Shown here: piece after piece, positions 42,841 through 60,999 of the stretch
Layout: each line of letters opens with the position of its first letter
How positions within the stretch are numbered: position 1 is the first letter of the stretch
NCBI RefSeq assembly: GCF_009914755.1
Contig: NC_060925.1
Direction: 5' to 3' (one strand)
Source of the DNA: the human T2T-CHM13v2.0 reference genome, Homo sapiens
DNA length: 64,000 nucleotides
Notes under the pieces: model-generated
The model's database searches: none
Told to the model about the DNA's origin: nothing
The model's input: the letters and a program-made list of their open reading frames with translations, nothing else
Made by a program: the position numbers and the translations under genes

Positions 42841-42848
42841 GCCAAAGC

Positions 42849-44795
42849 ATGAGGAAAATCGTCGTAGGACTTATTGTCCTTATAACATGGACCTGTGTGG
42901 TAAAAGCTTCCACTACCTCTTCCCACACAGAGGACTGCCTTCAGTGCATACATCAGGACACTGAAGAAGGACAAGTTAAGATGATCGTTTTATTTTACAG
43001 CTATTATGAATGCCTAAGAACTCCAAACAGAACCTGTTTGTATAATAACACCCAGTACTAAGTATGTAATCCAGGAAGTGACCAGCCCGATGTGTGCTAT
43101 GACCCCTCTAAACCCCCATGATCACAGTCTTCGAAGTAAGACTAAGAACTGGTCCTTCTCTAAGTAACACAAGTAAAGTGATAGCTAGAACAGAAGAAAG
43201 AAGAGTCCCCACAAATGTAACTTTAAAATTTGATGCTCGTGCCACTATTAATACTAAACAGCAGAGGATAAGATGCATTTCTCTAAATTTGGGAAAAATT
43301 ACACACAGAAAATAAGTACATCTGTCAAGAACCATATTTATGTTCGATGTGTCAATAGTGGTATTGCGTCAGTTAGGCTACTTAGAAGAAAGATAAAAAA
43401 GATCCTGTTTGGCTCCAAAAAAGAAAAGTCAGCCCCTCTTGCACAAGTGGGAGCTGCAACCCTTTAAAATTGATCATCACAAACCCCTCAGATCCAAAGT
43501 GGAATAAAAGAAAATATATAACATTAGGCATTGATAGAAAAGGACTAGATTCTAGTGTAAGCATCCTGATAAAAGAAGAAGTTCAAAAACGCTCACCAGG
43601 ACAAGTATTTCACACTTTCTATGATGAATTCAATGTGCCTATACCTGAAATTTCTGAAAAAAACTAAAAATTTGTTTTTGCAATTAGCCAAACATGTAGC
43701 CCAGTCTCTACAAGTCATTTCATGTGATGTTTGTGGAAGGACTGTAACAGGAGATCAATGGCCATAAGAAGCCCAAGAATTAGTTCCTACAGATGGAGTT
43801 CCTCACGAATTCCATCCCAAAAGAACAACCCCGACAATTTTTAGTTTCTAAAAGTCACAATTATTAGACAGTAATGCGTAGCTAGAGAAAGAAAAGGATT
43901 TACTCATCCCGTAAGGCGGCTTATTTGTCTTAGGCAAAACCTGTATAATGGTGCCACAAAAACAGTTACATGGTACAGTTCCAATTACACAGAAAGAAAT
44001 GCATTCAGCAAATTTCCAAAGTTGCAGACTGTTTAGGCCCATCCAGAATTCCACCAGGACTGGACGGCCCCCACTAGGTTATGCTAGATATGTAGACACA
44101 AAGCTTATGCTAAGCTGCCTGACCAGTGGGCGTGTGGCTGTGTAATTGGCACCATGAAGCCATCTTTCTTCTTACTGCCCATAAAAACAGTTGAACTTGT
44201 AGGCTTCCCAGTCTATGCTTCCCAGGCAAAATGAAGCATAGCCATAAGTGGTTAGAAAGATGATGAATGCACCCCTGAAAGAATCATACAATACTATGGA
44301 CCCGCCACTTAAGTACAAGATGGCTCATGAGGATATCCAACCCCTATCTACATGCTCATATGGTTACAAGCTGCTTTAGAAATTATTACTAATAAAACCC
44401 AACAAGCCTTGACTGTTCTTGCCTGGCGAGAGAATCTGACGAAACATGTTGCCTACACATAGATGATAAAGAACAAGTAGTTGAGCATATACTTAAGGAT
44501 ATAACAAAACTGGCACATGTACTCGTGCAAGGCTGGCACAGACTCAATCCAGGAGCCATGTTTAGAAAGTAGTTCCCAGCAATAGGAGGATTTAAAACTC
44601 TTATAATAGAGGTAATAATAGTAATAGGAACCTGCTTACTGCTCCCTTGTCTGATACCTGTGTTTCTCCAAATCATAAAAAACTTCGTCTCTCCCTTATT
44701 TCACCAAAAGCCTTCAGCACAAGCATACAATATAAATGGCTATCAATCTATTGCACAGAAGAACATAAATCATAAAAGTGACAGCTCCCACTAAT
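42849..44795 (+). pseudogene. env: HERV-E env, disrupted
   Basis: Signal-peptide-like MRKIVVGLIVLITWTCVV, a CxxC motif (CLQC), IITNPSDPKW and a hydrophobic TM-like stretch near 44600; many stops. Confidence 0.82.
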
Positions 44796-44826
44796 AAAAA
44801 TGAGTGAAAGTCTCAAAGAAAGAAAA

Positions 44827-45295
44827 TGAGAGAGGAGAAAGACCCTCTCCTCTTGTTTTACATTGTTTTCTATTCAGTAAAAACAACAAGGAAATAAAAC
44901 CAAAGACAGGCAGCCCGGCGCCAGGCCCAAAAACAGACCTGGGCCTGGTTGGCCTAAACCCAGTAGTTGAACATCCACTTATGATTTAGAAGCCGATGTG
45001 ATTCACAGATTCCAGATATTGTGTAGAAGAACATTGTGAAACTCTCTTCCATATTCTGTTTCTCCCTGACCACCGGGGCAAGTAGTCCTTGTCATGTATA
45101 CCTCGCTTGCTCAAATCAATCACAAAGCTTTCATGTGAAATCTTTAGTGTTGTGAGCCCTTAAAAAGGACAGAAATTGTGCACTCCAGGAGCTCAGATTT
45201 AGAGACAGTAGCTGGCTAATGCTCCCAGCTGAATAAAGCCCTTCCTTCTACAACTCAGTGTCTGAGAGGTTTTTTCTGCGGCTCGTCCTGCTACA
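44827..45295 (+). repeat. HERV-E 3' LTR (LTR2B-like)
   Basis: tgagagaggagaaagaccc...gtcctgctaca, 469 nt, with AATAAA at 45232-45237. Confidence 0.92.
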
Positions 45296-45369
45296 ATGTC
45301 AGATACAAGCTTCAAGGACAACTTCTTTCCCAAGGCTTATTCCAGTTTTGTGAGGCTAGCATGAGGTGT
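45296..45369 (-). pseudogene. Gamma-actin pseudogene, proximal 3'UTR remnant; actin coding sequence absent
   Basis: The minus strand acacctcatgctagcctcacaaaactggaataagcc...gtccttgaagcttgtatctg continues the ACTG1 UTR across the provirus. Confidence 0.85.
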
Positions 45370-45788
45370 ATTTTTTAATTTACCTGACCAAATGCACATA
45401 GGGAAAACACATTCTTTTTTGAATTGTTTATATAGAATCAGAAGTTGAGTCTTTTAAAGGATTGAAATAAAACAGAAAATTCTAACTGGACTAAGATCAT
45501 ATGTATGCACTTGTTCATATGAATATTTGCAAATATTTTGTTTTTATAAGAAGTGTTATAATGAACATCTGTATACATGTTTACACATGGGTAATTCTGT
45601 ATGCTAGATAAACGTATGTGAAACTGGAAGCATATTTTTAAATTTTCATATTATGCAAAATTGCCCTTACAAATGTATCAAAGTTTACTCTCTAGTAGCA
45701 TTCTGTTATAGTACCTTTTGCCACACTCCCACCAAAAATGAATATTATCATAGCTCTAATTTTTGCCTAATAGATTAAAAATGATTTG

Positions 45789-46094
45789 GGCCAGACACGG
45801 TGGCTCACAGCTGTAATCCCAGAACATTGGGAAGTTGAGGCAGGCAGATCACGAGGTCAGGAGATGGAGACCATCCTGGCTAACATGGTGAAACCCTGTC
45901 TCTACGAAAAACACAAAAAATTAACCAGGCATGGTGGCGGGCCCCTGTAGTCCCAGCTACTTTGGAGGCTGAGGCAGGAGAATGGCGGTGTGAACTTGGG
46001 AGGCAGAGCTTGCAGTGAGCCCAGATCGCCCCAATGCACTCCAGTGTTGGCGACAGAGGGTGACTCCCTCTCAAAAAAAAAAAAAAAAAAAAAA
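45789..46094 (+). mobile_element. Alu (AluY/Sc-like), full length
   Basis: ggccagacacggtggctcac...gatcacgaggtcaggagat...gagcttgcagtgagc and a poly(A) tail. Confidence 0.9.
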
Positions 46095-46402
46095 AGAGAT
46101 TTGTGTTTTTCCCAATTACTAGCAAGGCTGAACATCATTTCACACTTTTTGGCCTTTTGAGTTTTCTCTTGAAATTTGCTTCTTCCTTTTCCCATCTAGT
46201 TTTGCTTTAATTGTTATGTTCTTTCTTATTGAATGTTTTGAGTTCTTATGTTGTTATCATTTGTCATGTATTGGAAATATACTGTCCTAATATATCACTG
46301 TTTTTTGAAGTCTTTCCAGTGCAAATTTAAGCAATCATGGATGTTGGTAAGAATTAGGACAGTGCCAAAGGTATGCCTGCATTATTATTTTTTGTCCAAC
46401 TA

Positions 46403-46685
46403 CACTCATGCATTCCTTAATGACAGGAGTATGTTCTGAAGACAAAGCCCTTAGGTAATTAAGCCACTGTGCAAATATCACAGAATGGACTTCATTAACC
46501 TAGATTGCATAGCCTATTCCTCCTAGGCTACAAACCTGTAAAGCATGTTATTTTACTGAATACTATAGGCAACTGTAAAGCAGTGTAGCTGTGTATCTCA
46601 ATACATTTAAACATAGGAAACTTCCAATAAATGTATGGCATAATAAACTTAACTATACCACCATCATATATGCGGTGCATGACTG
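46403..46685 (+). mobile_element. Tigger3/MER7-like DNA transposon remnant
   Basis: Inverted ends cactcatgca...tgcatgactg flanked by TA; internal cctaggctacaaacctgt. Confidence 0.7.
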
Positions 46686-46736
46686 TACTCACCATGCAAA
46701 AGGTTTTAAGTTTTAAAGTGATTATTTGTTTAACTA

Positions 46737-46930
46737 CAGTGGTTCCTTGTGCCTCCATATCCATGAGGAATTGGTTCCAGGACCCACCATGGATACTTAA
46801 AGCAATAACTACTCGAGTCCTTTATATAAAATGTAGTATTTCCATATAACCTTTACATCATCTCAGATTACTTATAATGACTAATGCAACGTAAATGCTA
46901 TGTCAAAAGTTGCGATACTATGTTGTTTTG
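46737..46930 (+). mobile_element. MER2-like DNA transposon remnant
   Basis: tatccatgaggaattggttccaggaccc...ggatac...gtcctttatataaaatg. Confidence 0.65.
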
Positions 46931-47504
46931 CAATCGGGAAGTCCCCAAAATAACACTCTTTCTGCTTACATTTCACAGCCAAAGCAAATCACTTGGACCT
47001 TCTGAAAATCAGCAGGATGGGAGTATTCATTTGCAAGGAGGATCACTAATATTTCTGAACAATAGTACACTGCATATGTGAGAGTGGAAATAAAAATTCT
47101 AACAGGAAAAGTAAAAGAATTTTCATTGGAGTGAACATTTGAAAAACAAGAAATGTGAGTTTAAATATATATTTTTAAGAAAAATACAATATATACAGAG
47201 CTTCTCACACTCAACCTCAATCTCTTACACCTCAACCTTTCCTTCAATAGCAAGACATTCAATTTCTTGCAAGTTTATATGATCATTTCTATGCGTGTTT
47301 TTGTGACTTACTTCATCTAATGTACCCATAAATAACACATAATGGTGTTTTATGTAGTTACCTTTTCCTAAGCTTTGAAAAGTTTCTCAAAATTGCTCTC
47401 ATCTTAAATTTTGGATATTCAAAGATTCTGGTATATAAATTCCATATTAAGTGCTATTTTATAATTTACAGAAAAATAAAATAAAATTTCTTATGTAAAA
47501 TACC

Positions 47505-47789
47505 TTTTTTTGGATGTTACTCCATCACCCAGGCTGGAATGCAATGGCGCAATCTCAGCTCACTGCAATCTCCCCTTCTGGGTCAAAACAATTCTCCTGC
47601 CTCAGCCTCCCAAGCAGCTGGGAGCACAGGCACGCGACACCAAGTCCAGCAAATATTTTTGTATTTTTAGTAGAGACGGGGTCTCACCGTGTTGGCCAGG
47701 CTTGTCTCTAACCCCTGACCACAGGTTGATTTGCCTGTGTTGGCCTCCCAAAGTACTGGCGTTACAGAAATGAGCCACTGTGCCTGGCC
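47505..47789 (-). mobile_element. Alu (AluS-like), antisense
   Basis: cccaggctggaatgcaatggcgcaatctcagctcactgcaa...tgagccactgtgcctggcc. Confidence 0.88.
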
Positions 47790-47957
47790 TCTTTTTTTCC
47801 TTTCTAATTGATACCATTTAAATGGATATAACCACCTCAAATCTTTATATATTAGTCACAGTTGTTCTAGACTTATTTGATTTCCTAGCTTTTTCTTCAT
47901 TGCTTTGACCTCGTTCATGTTGGGTACAGGGTATATCTTTCCTGAAGTTTTTCAATG

Positions 47958-47960
<3 letters not shown>

Positions 47961-47989
<29 letters not shown>

Positions 47990-48001
47990 CTGTGTGTGTG
48001 T
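47961..48001. repeat. (TG)n microsatellite
   Basis: Direct reading. Confidence 0.9.
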
Positions 48002-51000
48002 GAGATTTCCTGTTAGCTTTTATGTGGACACTCTATATAACGTTTGTTTTCAGAAAACATAGGGTGGGATATTTCACAGCTTACACACTTAGGATGAGAA
48101 GTCTCTATTCCTCTTGAAGACCATCAGTTCTACCTCTTAGGTGTCTGACAGAGGGGGTTAGCTCACATATCTACTGAATAATCCCACTGAGCTCACTATT
48201 TTTTAGTATGCATTACTAAAGATAATTGAACCTAATAAAGTATCTTACAATTGACACATGAAAGAACTTTCCATTACTCACAAAAGGAAGTGCTGTCTTC
48301 TCACAGAGTAGTAAACATAAAATAATGACTACAAGCACTCAGCACAGCTCTTGTTGAGATTTCAAAATTCATTTAGATAATCCTTTCAGTCTCCTAGGTT
48401 CTCAATTCCTTTAACTCATCTCCTTCCATCACTTTGCCTCTATGCTACCCCCATCTTCACATCCTAAAACTTATACTCACAAGATAGTATATACTTAGCA
48501 CTATGCTACTATACTTAGTATACTATACTTAGTACTATTATATACTATTATCCTCTAATACTTCCAATTTCAATCAACCCACTCTTATCTAAATCTCCCA
48601 AATTTCTAGTTCCTACCTCGAGAACTCCATTGCATCGTCAACCACACTGCAATCTACAATTGATGATACCATTTTCCACTGTCTCAACCTTCTTTATTTT
48701 CTCACTTCACTCCTTAACCCAGATTACTTTCCATATCCCTCTTTTATAATCATTCTCCTAAATGTATGAACATCTCATCACTGACTGTTTTATTCACCTA
48801 GAGAAATCTCACCTTTAGTTAAACTGAATTCTGTACTTATTCAGTGATAGCGCCTCTGCTGAACTGAACTGGAAAAGAACACGAAACCACATTGACTAAT
48901 ACCACTTAAATAAACCACAGATTGCCAAGAGTTTGTTTACTTTTGTACATTCCTAGCTATTCATTTTACATCTCTTTTTCCTTCCTTAATCCTTCGTGAT
49001 TTCTTCCCTTTTTATGAGCTTGCTTCCTATTTCACTGAGAAAATATCACAAAAATTTGACATGCTCCTCCTATCTACTGAACTACAAACATCTGGACCTC
49101 CATAATCTGACGTACATCCTACTGTTAGTAATTAGCTGTTTGTGTGCCTATCTTTAAAACCAAGCCTTCTATTTTTTTACCAGGTCTATGTCTTCATCAA
49201 TATCCCTCTGTTTCCTGCATTATGCTTTTTCTGTCTACTGAATCAGTCCCATTAGCATAGAAACCTGCTATATCATCGATCTTAAAATAAACAGCTTTTT
49301 GATGCTATATTACCCTCCATTAACAACCCATTTCTCACATCCCCTTGAAAGCAAGACTCCTTAAGTGTTGTCTTCAATACTCACTATATTAAATTCCTCT
49401 CCAACATTCTCTTGAGTACCTCCTCTTACTCCTGATATCCACCAAGTTGGTCAACGTCAATGTCCCAAAGGTTGCTCTACCCAGTGCTTAATCCAAAAAC
49501 TCATCTTTCCTAACTCATCAACACAGCTAAAATATTTGATCACTCCTTCCTATTTGAGATACTTTCTTCATTTAGCTTCTAGCTATTCCTCCTTAGTCTT
49601 CTTTAATAGTTCTTGAACTATTTTATATCTCACCATTGGGATGCTCCAGGGTTCATTTCTCCATGCCTCTAATTCCTGTCTCTAATGTTCTTACTCTCCC
49701 TGCCTCACGATGCTGTAAAAGGTAGGAAGCTATGATCCACAACAGCATTTTTACACAAGACTTGAGTCTTTTTGGGCAGTGCCTCTAAGGTAAAGGTGTA
49801 ATCACAGACCCAGGAACGTACCTATAGGAATGAATCGAATAAAAAGAAGAATGTTTTCCTACGTATATACAGCTGGAACTAATTTCACTAAAGGAAAAGA
49901 ATAATTTTATGTGGGAAATATTTTCACCTTTGAGTGATGTTCTGACAGATGAAAGATCTGGGAGAACAAAAATGGTAGACTGTATTACGGCAAGGATACA
50001 AATTTCTAAATTGGGATAAATCCCCCACTTCCAAAAAACTAAAACCCAATAAAACTCGAAGCCAGACAAATATAAAATAATTACAAAAAGCAAGATTACA
50101 ATTTAAAAAATGTGAAACTGCATTCATATCCAGGCAAGAACTTTTAAAAGGCAGTTTTTGTAATCATAAATAAAATATATTATAAAATTGCCTTAAAAAG
50201 AATTTGATGTAATCATCTAGTTATGTTCTCCTACATGTGTTAAACCAGGTAAAGAAAAAATACAAACACCATTCCATTGGAAAGAAAACAATTTATTGTA
50301 TTTGAGGAAAGTCATTAAAATACATGTAATATATTTCCAATTCACTGATTTAAAGGCATACAGATTTAATTTTTAAATACACTTTCAAAGCTGTTACGCA
50401 CAGTTCCATAGTCCGGGTGGTCAATTTCTTCTTCTCAAAGTTGGAAAGCACTTGAAGGACACGGGATTCAAAAGAAACCTAAAACATCATAAAAGCCAAT
50501 TAGAAATAATAAGTATAACACAGCTCTTTAGTTTAAAAATAACTGAGAGCTGAACCATTTATATTTAGAAAATTAGTGAATCATGTCAGTATAACAAAAT
50601 TTATCTAAATAAATGACTTATAAAGAAACTGATTTATAATATATACAAACTCATTTTAACTATGCCTGTAGAAAAATAATTGCATTTTCAATATCTATAG
50701 GTTTTGTACTTTTAAGGTGATAATAACCGAATTTTGAATTTGTTTTCATAGAACTAAGAATAGCAGCAGATTTTTCAGCAAAGAAACACAGAGGCTCCAA
50801 CCCTTTATTTTCCTAGTTGTTAATATAAGGTTAGATGGCTAGGTTGATACTAGGTACCTAACCATTTTACTCTAACAAACCAGTATCCAAACTGCTCAGT
50901 CCTTAGAATAACTAAGGACACCTTTTCAAATCCGAGTCTTATACTCCATTCCCAGAGATTCATATGTATTAGTTCTAGGATAGAGTATAGGAATCTTTAT

Positions 51001-53949
51001 GCATAAAAACTCTTCCTTGGTGGTTCCCGACCTTGGTTGCACATCAAAATCAGTTTGAGAGGTTTATTCCAACTTCTGTGCTACACTCTCAACACATCAA
51101 ATGAAAATTCTGAATAAGGGAACCAGGCATCAACATATTTCTTAAGGATTTTTTGAGGAGGGAGAGGGTCTCACTCTGTCACCCAGGCTGGAACGCAGTG
51201 GTGTGATCACGGCTCACTGCAATCTAAACCTCGGGGGCTCAAGTAATCCTCTTGCCTTAGTCTCCCAAGTAGCTGAGACCAGAGGTGCAAGCTATTTATT
51301 ACTAGCTATGTATCCAAAGGAAAATAAATGAGTATATCAAAGAGTTAACCACACTCTCATATTTATTGCACTATTCACAATAGCAAAGATATGAAATCAA
51401 CCTGTGTCCATCAATGGATGAATGAATAAAAGCAACGTGGTATATATACAAGCAGTGGAAGAGTTTTTGTCCATAAAAAAGAATGAAATTTTATCATTTA
51501 CAGCAAGACGGTTGGAACTGGAAGTCATTGTGTTAGGTGAAATAAGCCAGGCACAGAAAGACAAGCATCACATGTTCTTATTCTAAGAATAGAACGTGAA
51601 AGCTAAAAATATTGATCTCATGGAGGTAGAGAATAGAATAATACATAGATACCAGAGGCTGGAAAGAGTTTCTGTGGGTGGGAGGAATAAAGAAAAGTTT
51701 GTTAATGGGTCCAAACATACAGTTACTTGGAAGACATAAGTTCTAATATTTCATAGCAGAGTAAGGTGACTACATATAAACAGCAATGTATTGTATTTTC
51801 CAAAATAGCTAAAGGACTTGAAACTTTCTTAACATATGGAAATAATACTTGAGGTTATGGACACCCCGGATACTTTGAATTGATCATTGTAAAGTCCAGG
51901 CAGGTAACAAAATATTACATATACACTATGTGTAGGTACAAATATATTAATGAAAAAATAATCCTCCTCTACAATAAAATTTTATTATTGTTAATCTGAC
52001 TAATTGAGAATTCATGATGATTTGGAGATTATTTGGCAAAATGTTGCCTGTGCAAAGCAAGCTTTTCTTCCTACATTGTGCAAATTATTAAAGTAATATA
52101 AATATGTATATAACTTCAAAAAGTGATTTTCAATATATTGTTCTACAGCACTCAAGCTTTTAATGTCACTGCTATTATGTTTTACAATAATAGGTAATAA
52201 TTTAGCCCTCCCTGTAAATTAAGGTCTCTTTAGCCTGTTTATTTTTTTCAACAAACTTACAGACTGGATGTTTAGGTCCCAAAAATTTAAATAACTTGTC
52301 TCTCATTACTTATCAAATATATTGTATTTCTGAGATCTGACTCCAGACTCTATCTGTGGTTTTAGACTAGTACTCCAATGCTAATCTCATTTTAATCCAC
52401 TGCAGGAGAACTATGTACTCTCTCTCTGGAAACTTTTAGCACAGCTTTTTATATGATTTTCTGAAATATAACAATAAAATTTCTATCAACAGTTTATTTT
52501 TTATCTATGCATATTCTTAAGCTCATAATTTTCATTATCCTATTTTCCCTAAAATTTATTCGAACTCATTTTAATTAGATTTTTAGTTTTATGGTGGTAT
52601 AATTCACAAGTTAAAATTATATATATTCAATGTGTACAACATGAGGTTTTGAGTTTTTTTTAATTAGCCCTAGTTGAGAAAGGCAAACACTTACTGGTAC
52701 ATACTAAAAAGTATTCAGGACAATGATGCTTAATATAAACTTGCTAACTAATAATCAATAGACTACTCAAATGCTTTTTTGTTAAACAAATCTACAATTC
52801 TAGGTAGCATATTTTTACTGGTTTCCTTTACACTGCAGCATTTTTTCAACTAATATATATCTTACAAATAGTAAAATACATAAATCTTAAGCATATAGCA
52901 TTATAATTTTTATAAGTGTATATATCCCCATCATCACTCAAATCAAGCAAGATATGGAGTATTTCCAGCTCCCACAACCACTCTCTTGCACTTTCTCAAC
53001 CAGTTACTCACCAAAGGTCATCATTATCATGAACTCTATCACGATGGATTTCCCTGCTCCTCAATTTCATATAAATGGAAAGTTGCTATCTGTATTCTTT
53101 TGAGTCTGACTTCTTTCACTCAGTTGAAGTTTGTAAGAATCATCTACATTTTGTGTAGCAGCAGATCATTGTTTCATTGCTGTGCCGTATTCCCCTGTGG
53201 GAAGCAAAAGTAATTTATTTATTCATTCTACTGTGAATGGGCATTTGTGTTGTTTTTAGTTTAGAAGTTATGACACATCAGTGATTTTATTTGATAAGAA
53301 GCCTAGGAGTTGCTGAGTTATATAGAATTGATTGCCTTACACACATTGTTTAAGTTGTGCCTACTCTTGTATATATTTCATCCTTGATAGGTTTGTCTCT
53401 CTACTGTTTGGAACAAACCTGGAGCTCCCTATAGGAAACTGATATCTTCTTTTTCTTTTCTCAACTTCTATTTTAGGTTCAGGAGGTACATGTGCAGGTT
53501 TGTTACGTGGGTAATTGCATGTTGCTGGGGTTTGGTGTACAAATGATTTCATCACCCAGCTAGTGAGCATAGTCCCCAGCAGGTAGTGTTTTGACCCTCA
53601 CTCTCCTCTCACCCTGCGCCCATCAAGTATATATTAAAATGATTTTCACTATCAAGCTAATTAACATATTCATGTCTTCACATAGTTATCACATGTTGGG
53701 AAAGGATAATAGTTAAGATCTACACTCAGTGAACTTAAAGCATACATTATTATTATCTATTGTTACCATGTTGTACGTTAGATCTCCCTAACTTATTCAT
53801 CTTATAATGGCAAGTTTGCATGGCTGTACCTGTAGTATTTTTCTTTCTCTGCCTGGCTTATTTCACTTAGCATAATATCCTCTAGGGTCATTCATTTTGT
53901 TACAAAGGGCCAAATTTCATTCTTTTTAATACTGAATGATATTCCATTG

Positions 53950-53994
<45 letters not shown>

Positions 53995-54732
53995 GATAGA
54001 TATCACAATTCACATACTACTCATCTATCAACACTTAGGTTGTTTCCATATTTTGGGTTTTGGGAATAATGCTGCAATGAACACAGGAATGCAGATATCT
54101 CTTCAAGATAGTGATTAGATTTCTTTTGTCTGTGAAAGGATAATTATATAAAATGGCATCAAGTTCTCGGCTCACTGGAACCTCTGCTTCCCAGGTTCAA
54201 ACAATTCTCCATGCCGCAGCCTCCCAAGTAGCTGGGATTACAGGTGCCCACCACCACACCTGGCTAATTTTTATGGTTTTTAGTAGAGACAGGGATTCGC
54301 CATGTTGGCAACTCTGGTCTTGAACTCCTGACCTCATGTAATCTGCCTGCCTCAGCTTCTCAAAGTGCTGGAATTACAGGTGTGAGCCAACACACCCACA
54401 GGTATATAAATTTATACCTAAAAGTATAATTGCTGCATCATATGGTAAGTCTTTAATTATTTGAGGACCCTCCATGCTGTATTCCATTTGCCCACTTCTA
54501 AGAAGTTCCCAATTAAAAATCTCATCGACTTTATTTCCTAAATTCTCTATTTTCTATTAGAAAATATTTCAAAGATACATCTGTAGTAGAATGTGAGCAT
54601 CCCCAGTGCCCAATGCAAGGAAGTCACTATAGAATATCTCTTGAGGAATCATGGAATAAATGAATAATCCAATGGATTCTCAGGAGAAAAATGAGGTTTT
54701 ATGAATCAATCATAACATTTTTACCTCAACAG

Positions 54733-60881
<6,149 letters not shown>

Positions 60882-60999
60882 AATTTAAAATTAAATGCAT
60901 GTCCTCAAAACAATAGCCAAGTGTGTTTCTTTTCTTACATGTACAGCAGTACTTATATTTCATTAATTTTTACTAAAAGCTCTAATTAGTAATTAGAGG

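Larger units (their letters stand above)
37455..45295 (+). mobile_element. HERV-E provirus with two LTRs, coding-defective, inserted in the actin pseudogene antisense to AMY1B
   Basis: TG...CA LTRs, Glu-tRNA PBS, gag-pro-pol-env remnants and purine tract at 44815-44826. The 4-nt TSD is atat (37451-37454) / atgt (45296-45299), and the actin UTR resumes on the far side. Confidence 0.95.
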
